Virus record (IMG/VR): IMGVR_UViG_3300033148_000641
Location: 1 to 46,502 of that record
Strand: one strand, 5' to 3'
DNA from: a virus
DNA: 46,502 nt
The position numbers were made by a program, and so were the translations under genes. Position 1 is the stretch's first letter, and each line of letters opens with the position of its first letter. The notes beneath the pieces were generated by a model that worked only from the letters and a program-made list of their open reading frames with translations, did not search any database and had not been told where the DNA came from. Shown in pieces: positions 17,023-26,246 of this stretch.

Positions 17023-17556
17023 TTATACCTCTATATTTGAGTTGTATGGTATGTCGCGGAATTGGAACTCAGCTGAAATGTCAACACTAGCGATAGCCTT
17101 AACAATATCTGAATCTTCTCCTACGACGTTTAGCACTATATCCAACTGTGCTCTTTCTTCCCAACCATTTTCTAATGGTTCAGAAATCTCTCTAACTTCA
17201 GAGCGACGTATTAAACCTACATTCGCTGCACTGAATAAACTCTGTATCGATTCTCTAACTAACCCTGTGCGAACTGCTCTAGCATTATCTATAGCATCTG
17301 TTCTATAAAAGTTAACTGACATAATTATTTCTCTCATACCTTGTATGGTTTCAGTCATGTCATCGTCAAGCGTATTGTTAGTGAATTTACGTTGTTCCCA
17401 ACCTAAGTCTATACCAGTTACATAATCTACGTCACCATAGTCCCCTGTGGGTCGTGGCGCGTCTAATTGTCTGGCTTTTATTGTGTACCCTTGGCTCTCT
17501 AAAAGCAAGTCCACCGTGTCCCTAATTAGCTTATTTATGGATTCTATAGCGGTCAT
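17023..17556 (-). CDS. Neck/tail completion protein (hypothetical)
   Basis: 177-aa ORF between the head-tail connector genes and the sheath gene. Confidence 0.45.
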   Translation of the reverse strand: MTAIESINKLIRDTVDLLLESQGYTIKARQLDAPRPTGDYGDVDYVTGIDLGWEQRKFTNNTLDDDMTETIQGMREIIMSVNFYRTDAIDNARAVRTGLVRESIQSLFSAANVGLIRRSEVREISEPLENGWEERAQLDIVLNVVGEDSDIVKAIASVDISAEFQFRDIPYNSNIEV

Positions 17557-17912
17557 TGTTCTCTAACTCCGAAAGCCATCGTATGACCATAGGCTGACCA
17601 GTCACCTGTGTCTATAAGCTTAAAACGCTGACCCTTATAAATAACTACATCAGCGATAGTTCCATCGCGGTCACTGGTAGTTTGAAGAGGTTTCTTAGAA
17701 ATAAATAGACGAGGGTTTTTATCACGATCACCCTCAGGTAATGTTTCTAATTGGCGTGGGGTAGGTTGCTGAACACTCGCTAGGGTTTTGAAAGTGATCT
17801 TATCACCTTTAACATATAACCCATCCACATATTCACCCGTCCCATTATCACGTTCAACAGTTATAATTTCTGCTGTGTCTACATCTAAGGCTTCTGATAC
17901 ATTGATAGGCAT
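17553..17912 (-). CDS. Head-tail joining protein (hypothetical)
   Basis: 119-aa ORF with start/stop overlaps to both neighbours, in the connector module. Confidence 0.45.
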   Translation of the reverse strand: MPINVSEALDVDTAEIITVERDNGTGEYVDGLYVKGDKITFKTLASVQQPTPRQLETLPEGDRDKNPRLFISKKPLQTTSDRDGTIADVVIYKGQRFKLIDTGDWSAYGHTMAFGVREQ

Positions 17913-18382
17913 TATGCTTCAACCTTATGAATGATAGACTGACGTAAATGGCCGGTATCTATAAGGGGGTTGCTGGAACCTTTACCTGATATGGTTGATT
18001 CAGTATTAGCAGGTTTCTTAATATCCACGATCTTCTGTTTTACATCAGCTTCAACTTGTAGACCGATCAGAGAAAGACCTTGCTTGGTATTTATCTTACC
18101 GTCAGTTATGCTCTTCGCAATCTTTTTGAATAGTTCCTTATACGCACGACGGTTTTCTGTAACAGTGGATCTTAAGAAACTACGCTGAGGAATACCACGT
18201 GAAGGGCTACCAAATTCATGAACACTACCTACCATAATAACAGAGGTTCCGTCAGGATAATTATTGCTACCCTTTGGCAATCCTACTTTAACAGTACTCG
18301 GTCCGCTCATCGACTTAGCTATCTTTTCAATACGCTTGATAGCCTTAGTAGGATTTTTTATGATACGGACTTTAGACTTCAT
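17912..18382 (-). CDS. HK97 gp10-like head-tail connector protein
   Basis: VGSVHEFGSPSRGIPQRSFLRS resembles the gp10-family (hEfGt..ip.RPFl) motif. Confidence 0.5.
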   Translation of the reverse strand: MKSKVRIIKNPTKAIKRIEKIAKSMSGPSTVKVGLPKGSNNYPDGTSVIMVGSVHEFGSPSRGIPQRSFLRSTVTENRRAYKELFKKIAKSITDGKINTKQGLSLIGLQVEADVKQKIVDIKKPANTESTISGKGSSNPLIDTGHLRQSIIHKVEA

Positions 18383-18774
18383 AATTGATTAGCCACCAAT
18401 ACACCTACGAAACAGGTATTACGTATGATTAAGAACTGCTGACCATAAGAAGTACTCATTAGGAACTCATCGCTATCAGATCTGTCCTTGGCTGTTACCG
18501 CTTTAGTTACAGAGACTCCGCCGGCTGTTTTAGAGGACACTGGACCGGCTCTAGAAGCACTGTCACCCGCTTCTGCACCTGTACCAACAGTAAGCAGGTG
18601 AGCGGCTAAATACGCCTGAGCATAATCATATTTGTTACACCAACGAGCCTCATCGGTTCCCATATAACAATTAGTAGCATCATCCAGAAATAGCTGAACC
18701 CTTGGATCAGGGTATTCAGTATCATCTGCAAATTCAGGGAATCTTATTTTAAATGTATCGACGTCAGTAGCCAT
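18379..18774 (-). CDS. DUF4054-like head-tail adaptor
   Basis: N-terminal FKIRFPEFADD...VQLFLDDA pattern, as remembered for DUF4054. Confidence 0.45.
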   Translation of the reverse strand: MATDVDTFKIRFPEFADDTEYPDPRVQLFLDDATNCYMGTDEARWCNKYDYAQAYLAAHLLTVGTGAEAGDSASRAGPVSSKTAGGVSVTKAVTAKDRSDSDEFLMSTSYGQQFLIIRNTCFVGVLVANQL

Positions 18775-18777
18775 AAT

Positions 18778-19212
18778 TCAACCCTTATTTAATGCCCATG
18801 TTAACGTGACTAACAGTATAGCGACCAGCCATTGCAACATGGTCTTACTAACATCCTTTTGACCATTTACTCTACTGTTCAAATTTTGAATAGCGATAAC
18901 ATCCTTTTTAAGATTACCCATATCACGTTGAATGGCGATTAATAATCTTTCATTAGTACTTCTATCGCCGTGATTGGCTTGCCATAATTCTATGTTCCTA
19001 ACCCTATCGTCATGGTCTTCAAGACGTCTACCGTAACGCTTATTCGTTTCTTCATGGCTATGCATACGTTCTTGTAAACGAACAACATCAGATAGTTGAA
19101 CTTCAATACCGCCCAATCTAGAAGAGATATCACCTAGTGCTTTCCATAATCTTCTTTCCGACACTTCGGACATATCCTTAATACCCATTAATTTTTCTGA
19201 TTCTGCGGTCAT
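18778..19212 (-). CDS. Coiled-coil protein with C-terminal TM anchor
   Basis: 144 aa, charged helical body, C-terminal MLQWLVAILLVTLTWAL. Preceded by a terminator and a palindrome. Confidence 0.6.
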   Translation of the reverse strand: MTAESEKLMGIKDMSEVSERRLWKALGDISSRLGGIEVQLSDVVRLQERMHSHEETNKRYGRRLEDHDDRVRNIELWQANHGDRSTNERLLIAIQRDMGNLKKDVIAIQNLNSRVNGQKDVSKTMLQWLVAILLVTLTWALNKG

Positions 19213-19229
19213 AGTATTGGGTCTCTATA

Positions 19230-19267
19230 TTTTAAACTAACCACTACATGTAATGATTAGTTTAAAA
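19230..19267 (-). promoter_or_regulatory. 14-bp-arm A/T-rich inverted repeat around a TACATGTA core
   Basis: TTTTAAACTAACCA (19230..19243) pairs with TGATTAGTTTAAAA (19254..19267). 13 of 14 pairs are complementary, and the mismatch is a G-U pair on the minus-strand RNA. Confidence 0.5.
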
Positions 19268-19295
19268 TAAGCTCTGCACTGATGGTACAGAGCTT
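19261..19295 (-). terminator. Rho-independent terminator after the 19302..19817 gene
   Basis: Minus strand reads AAGCTCTG-N11-CAGAGCTT followed by ATTTTAAA. Confidence 0.7.
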
Positions 19296-19301
19296 ATCAA
19301 C

Positions 19302-19817
19302 TTACTTAGACTTCGTGTCTTTGTTAGTTTCCTTTTTAGGATCTACTTTAGTTTCGGTTTTATCCGTCTCTTCAGTTTTACCCTGTTCCTTCTTAAGAGC
19401 AGCCAGTTCAAGCTGAGCTTTTTCAAGTTCAACTTTAGCCTTTTTAGCATCGGCTTCAGCAGTCTCAGCTTTCGCATTAGCTTCCTTAGCTTCTGCTTCA
19501 GCTTTAGCCTTACCGTTCTCGCTTTCCTTGAGATCAGCTTTAGCTTTAACGAGAGGCTCAAACTTAGATTTGGAAATAGTATCTGGTTCTCTTTCAAGCT
19601 CCAGATCATCCATCGCCTTACCATAGTCGATACTACCGGCTTTCTTCAGACCTAGAACATAAGGGTCTACACCCTTACCGCTCTTAGGAACAAAGGCTTG
19701 CCAATGCTCGTCCTTAACAACATTAAATCCAGGAGCCAACCGTACAACAGCACGACTCCCACCACTGATGCACTTCAGATTAAACTGACGTGCAGTATTG
19801 TTCATGATTCCGGCCAT
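19302..19817 (-). CDS. Hypothetical head-associated protein with Lys/Ala/Glu-rich low-complexity C-terminal half
   Basis: 171-aa ORF immediately downstream of the major capsid gene and followed by a terminator. Confidence 0.6.
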   Translation of the reverse strand: MAGIMNNTARQFNLKCISGGSRAVVRLAPGFNVVKDEHWQAFVPKSGKGVDPYVLGLKKAGSIDYGKAMDDLELEREPDTISKSKFEPLVKAKADLKESENGKAKAEAEAKEANAKAETAEADAKKAKVELEKAQLELAALKKEQGKTEETDKTETKVDPKKETNKDTKSK

Positions 19818-19820
19818 GAT

Positions 19821-20861
19821 TTAAATACCTGTTCCGATTGCTAGAGAAAGAGGATAGTAAATGTTCAGTCCAGCTAGACGTGAACGTCCTGGGATAGTGA
19901 ACTCAAGGTTCTTCTGTTGAACAGGAAGCATTTCCAGTTCAACAGGAATCTCAAGTTGCAGCTTGTCAGGATTACGATCATATGCTACCATTGCATCAGT
20001 ACCCAGTTCAGGGTTGTTTGCAGCCGCACACTCATTAACAGCGATGATGTCATCAAGGCTAGTAAGGAACGGACTATTAGCCGCAATATACTGAGCAATG
20101 GTGGTATCGCTATTGGTAGCGCGAGGAGTAGCCATAATATAAGACCACTGAGCAGGTGGAAGAAGCAGAGTGTTACCGCTCTCAACCATTTTGGTAGTCT
20201 CAAAAATGTCTGCGAACAGATCATTGATGTCGAACAGGATCTCATCAGCAGTCTTGTTGACCCACTCAGTACCCGATCCAGGATTAACTACTGCACCAGT
20301 TGGGATATTTGGATTGTCAAACAGACCACCCATACCGGAAGTAGCATCACCAAAGAAGGCGACATCATTGGTAACTTGCTCAACAGAACGACGAGCCGCG
20401 TTGGCACGACGTTGATCAAGAGCAGCACCAGTGAGCTGTGAAGACTGAATCTCATCCAGATTGTAACCGTAAGAGATACCGACTGAACGAACAGGGATGG
20501 TTGTCTCTTTACCGGCTACGTCTGCGCGAGGTAAGTCGTCAGCATAAGCGTTGATGATTTTAGCTGCACCAGCTTGATCATATGTGCGGTAGGTGATGGT
20601 AGTAATACCAGGACCACCTTCATTAGATACTGGGAACAGTTGACGAGCTTTAAGCTCAGCGTACTTAACATCATAACTCTTCGCCTTGATATGCTCGAGT
20701 TGACGTTGGAAGAACACTGCACCGTCGGCATCGATAAAACCATGACCCATAGCCTGAGCAAGAGCTCCGTCCAGAGTGAGGGTTTTACCATCTTCAACAA
20801 TAGTAGCGGAAAGGCCGTCCAGTTGAACGGTAGTTCCATTGCGTCTTTTAAAAGTTTGCAT
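19821..20861 (-). CDS. Major capsid protein (DUF2184-like, HK97 fold family)
   Basis: 346 aa. Position after the scaffold and decoration-like genes. FFQRQLEHIKAKSYDVKYAELKARQLFPV N-terminal pattern. Confidence 0.7.
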   Translation of the reverse strand: MQTFKRRNGTTVQLDGLSATIVEDGKTLTLDGALAQAMGHGFIDADGAVFFQRQLEHIKAKSYDVKYAELKARQLFPVSNEGGPGITTITYRTYDQAGAAKIINAYADDLPRADVAGKETTIPVRSVGISYGYNLDEIQSSQLTGAALDQRRANAARRSVEQVTNDVAFFGDATSGMGGLFDNPNIPTGAVVNPGSGTEWVNKTADEILFDINDLFADIFETTKMVESGNTLLLPPAQWSYIMATPRATNSDTTIAQYIAANSPFLTSLDDIIAVNECAAANNPELGTDAMVAYDRNPDKLQLEIPVELEMLPVQQKNLEFTIPGRSRLAGLNIYYPLSLAIGTGI

Positions 20862-20879
20862 TATTTAATTCTCCTTAAA

Positions 20880-21710
20880 TTATGCTGTGACAACTACAGT
20901 GTCAGTGAAGATTCGGCCATCAATGGAGACCATGAACCAGATTTGAGCTGGTGTGTCCATCGTTACGTTGAACTCAATAAGACCCGTCGCATCACTCATG
21001 AACTTGTAGTGAGCATGATCCAGGATTTCCTGAATCTCTGAGCCAGTAGTGAGAGCTTCATCACCGATATCAGCAGGAGGACTAAACTCACCAACAGATG
21101 ACCACCATACTTCAACCATGTTTTCAGAGGTCACATCAGTACCGAAACCGTCAACCAGTTGAATGGAGAGTAGACCTACACCACTAGTACCGTCAGTTGC
21201 GGTAAGTTCAGCATTGATGATCTGTTCAACATTAGCATTGACGTTAACTTCAGCATCGTTGAGGCGAATAATACCAAGAGCGCCAGCGGCGGTAGTAGAT
21301 TCCCAACTAGAACCGTTCAGTTGAGTTTCACCTCCACCTGCTGTACCTGCGTCCAGAATACCAGTGGTATCATTAAACAGTACAGCCGCTCCAGGAGTAC
21401 AACCTGTAGGACAGATCGCCCAGAGGTAGCCGTCACGCATGATAGCAGCAGCTTCAGTTTCAGCGTACTCGATATCACCACTGTTAGCAGCACCTTCACG
21501 ATCCAGAGCACGAACGGTAACACCGAGATAATCTGAACCACCGATGATAGCTTGGCGATCTTTATCAGTACCACGGCTAACCGCAACACCAAAACCGATA
21601 CCCGCAGCACCTTCTACATCACGAGAAACAATGTCGTGAGGGGATTGAGCAAAAATCAGACCAGCGTAAGCCACTGCCTGACTAATAGCATAAGCAACTT
21701 GAGCACTCAT
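20880..21710 (-). CDS. Head decoration/cement-like protein with Ig-like C-terminal domain
   Basis: 276-aa ORF between the scaffold-like and capsid genes. Gly/Ala-rich N-domain and a beta-rich C-terminal half. Confidence 0.45.
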   Translation of the reverse strand: MSAQVAYAISQAVAYAGLIFAQSPHDIVSRDVEGAAGIGFGVAVSRGTDKDRQAIIGGSDYLGVTVRALDREGAANSGDIEYAETEAAAIMRDGYLWAICPTGCTPGAAVLFNDTTGILDAGTAGGGETQLNGSSWESTTAAGALGIIRLNDAEVNVNANVEQIINAELTATDGTSGVGLLSIQLVDGFGTDVTSENMVEVWWSSVGEFSPPADIGDEALTTGSEIQEILDHAHYKFMSDATGLIEFNVTMDTPAQIWFMVSIDGRIFTDTVVVTA

Positions 21711-22864
21711 TATTTAGTACCTCCATCTTTTTTCCATGCATTACGACTTTCGTCCGCAAAATTTTCACGGGCAATAACGTCAGCAGGACGGTTATCTACG
21801 ACCTTACCATCTTCATTGGTAACGCCTTTTGAAATAGCTTCATCAAGTTGATGTTGGCTATTGTTATCCACACTTTCAACCAATAGGTCAAAACGAGCAT
21901 CAATGTAATCTGTAGAAACAGAATCCATCTGAACTCCTGGACATTTAGCAGCAACAACTTCACCTTTCAGAGCAGCTGTGTCTTTACCTTTCCAATCATG
22001 GTCAGGGCTAATCTTGAGAAGCGTATCGATGAAGCCGGTACGATCTTCGACTAGCTTGTCGATTGAATCAGTGGTTGGAACTTTAGATTTGGCATCATCA
22101 AGCTCGGCTTTCAGAGAATCTTCGGACTTCTTGGCTTCTTCAGCCTTTTCTTCCATTTCATCTTCTTTCTTTTCGAGCTCTTCGTCCTTCTTTTTGGTTT
22201 CCTCTTCGGCATCCTTCAATTGCGCTTGCAGCTTACCAACAGCTTGAGCGGCTTGAGTAGGAACCTCGTAGTCAACCCCATCGATAGTGATATTAGCCAT
22301 AACGACTTTATCTCCTTCTGTGGGTAAATGGTCAGCCACTCTGCACGAAGGTCCAGCGCGGCCACGTTCAACAATCGCAATATGATTGCCTTTAATGTTC
22401 CTCTGGACAGCGTCGTATGTGTCGCCCTCCGGAGAAATTCCTGGTGTCCAGTCAATATCCGCTACATAACCATTTGAAAGTTCTACTTTCCCGCTTTCGA
22501 TTTTTGCGATGGCTTCGGCATCAGTGACATAGAGTACAGTTGTTGCGAAGTCACCGTCTTGAGTAACTTCTGGTCCTGCATGACCAACAGATAACATCTT
22601 AGAATTAGTCGCATTGACTAACTCTTCTGGATGGTTGTCGGTAATAGGTTTGTTAGTAAATGAAGAGAGGGACTCTTCTGAGAATACTTCTTCAGCAGGT
22701 CTAAATACTTTAATGATATCTTTAGGGTCTCGGTCAGTGAGTCCCATCTCAGCGGCTAGGTAATTCTGAATACCTGTGCGAGAAATCCTAGCGGGTACTA
22801 TGAGGAACCCCTCATCAGTGTATGTTCTTTCGCTTGTTATTTTCAGGCGGTCTTGTAGATACAT
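21710..22864 (-). CDS. Scaffolding/prohead maturation protein (DUF2213-like)
   Basis: N-terminal FLIVPARISRTGIQNY...FRPAEEVF..SL.SF..KPITDNHP pattern. Central acidic/Lys-rich coiled coil (EEETKKKDEELEKKEDEMEEKAEE). Confidence 0.6.
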   Translation of the reverse strand: MYLQDRLKITSERTYTDEGFLIVPARISRTGIQNYLAAEMGLTDRDPKDIIKVFRPAEEVFSEESLSSFTNKPITDNHPEELVNATNSKMLSVGHAGPEVTQDGDFATTVLYVTDAEAIAKIESGKVELSNGYVADIDWTPGISPEGDTYDAVQRNIKGNHIAIVERGRAGPSCRVADHLPTEGDKVVMANITIDGVDYEVPTQAAQAVGKLQAQLKDAEEETKKKDEELEKKEDEMEEKAEEAKKSEDSLKAELDDAKSKVPTTDSIDKLVEDRTGFIDTLLKISPDHDWKGKDTAALKGEVVAAKCPGVQMDSVSTDYIDARFDLLVESVDNNSQHQLDEAISKGVTNEDGKVVDNRPADVIARENFADESRNAWKKDGGTK

Positions 22865-22888
22865 TTTAGAACCCTTGGATATTCAAAG

Positions 22889-22917
22889 TAATATAATTCA
22901 TCTTCAACATAAACACA
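22889..22917 (-). promoter_or_regulatory. Candidate sigma70-type promoter TTGTGT-N17-TATATT upstream of the scaffold/capsid genes
   Basis: -35 at 22912..22917 and -10 at 22889..22894 on the minus strand, inside the 79-nt gap 22865..22943. Confidence 0.35.
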
Positions 22918-22943
22918 ACTTTTAAGCTAACTTATTTTACGAT

Positions 22944-23762
22944 TTAAATATTGATAATTGGCTGAGCAACACAGCGACACTGAATATCTTGTCCTGGATG
23001 ACCTGTATCCTTCGGGGGCTTATCCCATCTAAATGTTTTACCGTTCTTAGATCTATGGTTCTCACGTACTCTTTCATCGCCAGATGTTTTCCAAACGTAT
23101 TCTTCAATACCTAAGTTCTGTTGTCGCTGTTGACTTAATGCTGAATTCAGTTTAGAAGATTGGTCACGTGCGATTAGCTTGGCTCGTTTCGCAGTAGTTT
23201 TCCCTATAGTCTGGATCTGCTTAATCATAGACCCAGCTGTACTACCTTGCGTGGTATTGGTAAACACCATAGTTTCAATCTTCTTAAAATACTCTTCAGG
23301 GATAGAACGAATGAGGGCTACGTTCTCACGAGTAGTAGCAACGAGAATATCCCCTAGACCTTCGTCCTGAACAATACTTGAAAGATTCACACCGACTGCG
23401 TCTTCCATTGCAGAATAGAATCTCTGCTTATTCGCATTGTTGGTCTTATCAACAAAAGAAGAGGATACCATTTTGGCTTGGATGTTTATAGCCTCGTAAG
23501 ATTTACGAAGATTGTCAAAAGCCTGTTCCAGTGTTACTGCATATGCATCATTGACATACTCAGATTCAAACTGCCTAAGTATAGGGACAATCTGAGTATT
23601 GACATCAATGCGTAACTTCCGTGTTAACGCTTCAAGCTGTTTACGATACCTTACCTCAGGACTCTTTGGAGCCTTTATCCCCCTCACCTTCCTCTGCCTC
23701 TTCTTCCTCTTCCCCGTTGCCGAGGCCAAAGTCTGTATCATCGTCATTGTCATCGTCGCCAT
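22944..23762 (-). CDS. Head morphogenesis protein, Mu F / SPP1 gp7 family
   Basis: C-terminal ERVRENHRSKNGKTFRWD...GHPGQDIQCRCV signature. The ATG at 23762 has a GAGGA RBS 8 nt upstream. Confidence 0.75.
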   Translation of the reverse strand: MATMTMTMIQTLASATGKRKKRQRKVRGIKAPKSPEVRYRKQLEALTRKLRIDVNTQIVPILRQFESEYVNDAYAVTLEQAFDNLRKSYEAINIQAKMVSSSFVDKTNNANKQRFYSAMEDAVGVNLSSIVQDEGLGDILVATTRENVALIRSIPEEYFKKIETMVFTNTTQGSTAGSMIKQIQTIGKTTAKRAKLIARDQSSKLNSALSQQRQQNLGIEEYVWKTSGDERVRENHRSKNGKTFRWDKPPKDTGHPGQDIQCRCVAQPIINI

Positions 23763-25083
23763 TTTCAAATTCCTCTAATTCTTTTATAAATGCTTCATCG
23801 ATGTTGGTGTATGTTCCTTCTTCAACAAGTTCCTTAGCGACCACTGAAGGAGTAACCACATCTCTATCCAGATACAACCCATCACGCTGAGCATTATTGA
23901 ACTCAACTTCGGACTTCTCTTTAGGTGTCATTTGGAATAGAGAATCAAATTCATAGCTCATATCGGTATCGTCACCCAGACCCAAACTCTTAGCCATAAT
24001 CAGGTCAAAGTTATCTAGACGAGGTTTATAGATTTTCTTCTGATCGGCTTTAATCTTGTCATAGTAGTTCTTAAGATCACCCTCACCAGTAGCATTCAGC
24101 CCACTTGCGGAAGTACCCAGTAACCGAGTAGCAGGTACATCTGAAGCAGCACTAAGAACCTGAGCATAACGGTCAAGCAAATCCGGAAGACCTGCAAAAC
24201 TATTGGTTTTGTTGCCCCAATCTTCTTCAGCATCTAAGAGCAGCATATTGTTAAAGCTCTTCATCTGACCGGCTAATGTAAATCGTTTACGCAGCAGGGT
24301 CTCACCTTCTGCGGTTTGTAAATAATTCATAAGACCTTTGATTTTCATCACATCTACATTAGTCTCATAAACCATACTAGCCGAGCTATCGGTAACGGTA
24401 CTGAAGTTAGTTAGTGCTTCATAAAGGCGGTCTAGAACAGAATCTGAATAATAGTTATTACGACGGAATTCATCGAATGGTAATTTAACTCCATCAAAAC
24501 GAATCACACGACTATGATGGATTTTAAGAGAGGTCTCATTAAACCTGTAGAATTCAGGCATACCAAAATTTCTATTCATTGGATCTGCAGTCGGTACTAC
24601 GTCAGCATTAGATAAACGATGACGGTCAATTACATTTAAGAAGTTAAGACCGTCCTTTTTAATTTTGTTAATGTTCAGCGGTTTGTCTGGAGTTTGCCCA
24701 TCGTCAACAGACATGATGATAAACGCCGTACCATATAAGCGCGCCCATATATGAGCCTCATTAAATTTAGAGGCTAATTCAAGACGGTCTTCTTCATCTT
24801 CCAACATCTGAATTGTTTCGGGCTTAATGTCCCCATCGAAGGTTCGCCATTCACGAGTCATGTCGTTAGGTATAATGTCAACAACTTTACCGGCTAACCA
24901 GTCCGTGCGATACATTGCGTTTAGTTCGTCCTGATTACCATCAATAGAAAGACGCTTTGCATTAACAAAACGAGAAGCGTTTCGCTTATCCTGAGCTGTA
25001 CCTAATTGAGCAATAAGGTTTTCAAGACCGTCTTTCTGCTCTTCATCTAGGATCTTTGCTTCCGGAATGATAATGTTCTTCAT
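23656..25083 (-). CDS. Portal protein
   Basis: 475 aa, located between the terminase region and the MuF-like gene. Strongly acidic C-terminal tail. Confidence 0.75.
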   Translation of the reverse strand: MKNIIIPEAKILDEEQKDGLENLIAQLGTAQDKRNASRFVNAKRLSIDGNQDELNAMYRTDWLAGKVVDIIPNDMTREWRTFDGDIKPETIQMLEDEEDRLELASKFNEAHIWARLYGTAFIIMSVDDGQTPDKPLNINKIKKDGLNFLNVIDRHRLSNADVVPTADPMNRNFGMPEFYRFNETSLKIHHSRVIRFDGVKLPFDEFRRNNYYSDSVLDRLYEALTNFSTVTDSSASMVYETNVDVMKIKGLMNYLQTAEGETLLRKRFTLAGQMKSFNNMLLLDAEEDWGNKTNSFAGLPDLLDRYAQVLSAASDVPATRLLGTSASGLNATGEGDLKNYYDKIKADQKKIYKPRLDNFDLIMAKSLGLGDDTDMSYEFDSLFQMTPKEKSEVEFNNAQRDGLYLDRDVVTPSVVAKELVEEGTYTNIDEAFIKELEEFENGDDDNDDDTDFGLGNGEEEEEAEEGEGDKGSKES

Positions 25084-25112
25084 GTTAATTACCTTTGTTT
25101 AATCTATCCCAA

Positions 25113-25670
25113 TTAATCTTTATATTGGCTAGCAGTGACTTCACGATAATTAACGTGAGCTTCAATATTTGCTGCCAATACCGAGCCGTTTGTGATTCTG
25201 AAAACATGTTCAGTATTAGGTTTTAAAAGACGAGTGACCGCTTCGCCTCCGCTCCCAAATCCAGGTTTGCTTACATTCTTACCAGCTTCGCCGACAATAG
25301 CTTGATGTAATATCCTAGTTCCAACTGTATCTACCGTCACGCCTGTATAGAAATCTAGCTGAGTATCTCTCGTACTCATCCGATTCATATTGTTTGAGAA
25401 ATCTGTTTTAGGTTGTATGTTTCCTGCAACAGTAAAGGTCACATTTTCATAAACTTCAAACGTAACTAGTTCTTGATTAATATGAAACTCAGCCGCTTCA
25501 AAAATTGTTGCTAAATCACCCGTTTTGAATCTGACTTCCGAAATAGCGGCAGCACCTAGAGCCTCTATCTCAGCATGGAAATTAAACGCCGTACCTCTTC
25601 TAAGAGCTGTATCATGCCCGTTCTCAACATACAGGGAGGGGGATGGTCTGCCGTCTTCTAATGAACTCAT
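25113..25670 (-). CDS. Unknown protein, tandem paralog B
   Basis: Shares MSSLED, ENGH, VRF.TGDLA, INQELV.FEV, MNRMS.R.T.L.FY, NVSKPGFGSG and LKPNTEH.FRITN blocks with 25670..26215. Confidence 0.7.
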   Translation of the reverse strand: MSSLEDGRPSPSLYVENGHDTALRRGTAFNFHAEIEALGAAAISEVRFKTGDLATIFEAAEFHINQELVTFEVYENVTFTVAGNIQPKTDFSNNMNRMSTRDTQLDFYTGVTVDTVGTRILHQAIVGEAGKNVSKPGFGSGGEAVTRLLKPNTEHVFRITNGSVLAANIEAHVNYREVTASQYKD

Positions 25671-26215
25671 TATGAATACTCCTTGGGATTAACTTCTTTA
25701 TACACAATATGCACAACTACTTTTGATGTTAATGCTGAACTGTTAGTTATTCTAAAAAGATGCTCTGTATTTGGTTTTAAAATTCTTTCTGCCCCAACAA
25801 CACCGCTTCCGAATCCAGGTTTACTTACATTTTGACCGGCTACCCCTAAAACATCCTGTCTCATAAATAACGTACCATCAGAAGTAATAGTAGGTGCTTC
25901 ATAAAATTCAAGTTCAGTTTGTCGGCTAGACATCCTATTCATTTGACAACCGATGTTAGGGTTAATGGTTCCAGGAGCGCTGTATATCGTATCTTCAAAA
26001 ACTTCAAATATTACAAGTTCTTGATTGATATCAAATACAGCTGATAAAAATTCTACTGCGAGATCACCTGTTAGGAATCTAACGTCTACAACAGCATCCT
26101 TAGCTATGTCATGCACAACATTAAAACAGAAATCACTCGCGCTACGTAAGCCGGTTTCATGGCCGTTTTCAATAAATTGAGCAGGACGAGGCTTACTATC
26201 TTCTAATGAACTCAT
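25670..26215 (-). CDS. Unknown protein, tandem paralog A
   Basis: See 25113..25670. Roughly half of the positions are identical by eye. Confidence 0.7.
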   Translation of the reverse strand: MSSLEDSKPRPAQFIENGHETGLRSASDFCFNVVHDIAKDAVVDVRFLTGDLAVEFLSAVFDINQELVIFEVFEDTIYSAPGTINPNIGCQMNRMSSRQTELEFYEAPTITSDGTLFMRQDVLGVAGQNVSKPGFGSGVVGAERILKPNTEHLFRITNSSALTSKVVVHIVYKEVNPKEYS

Positions 26216-26246
26216 TTTAAATTCCTATATTAAATATGCGGCCATA

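Noticed and set aside
19343-19624. 93-aa Lys/Leu/Arg-rich ORF in an alternative frame of 19302..19817
   Set aside because: It is a frame artefact of the GCT/AAA/GAA-rich low-complexity region and has no independent start context.
21978-22247. 89-aa Ser-rich plus-strand ORF
   Set aside because: It is antisense to the acidic/Lys-rich coiled-coil part of the scaffold gene (GAA/GAG read as TTC/CTC). This is a typical shadow ORF.
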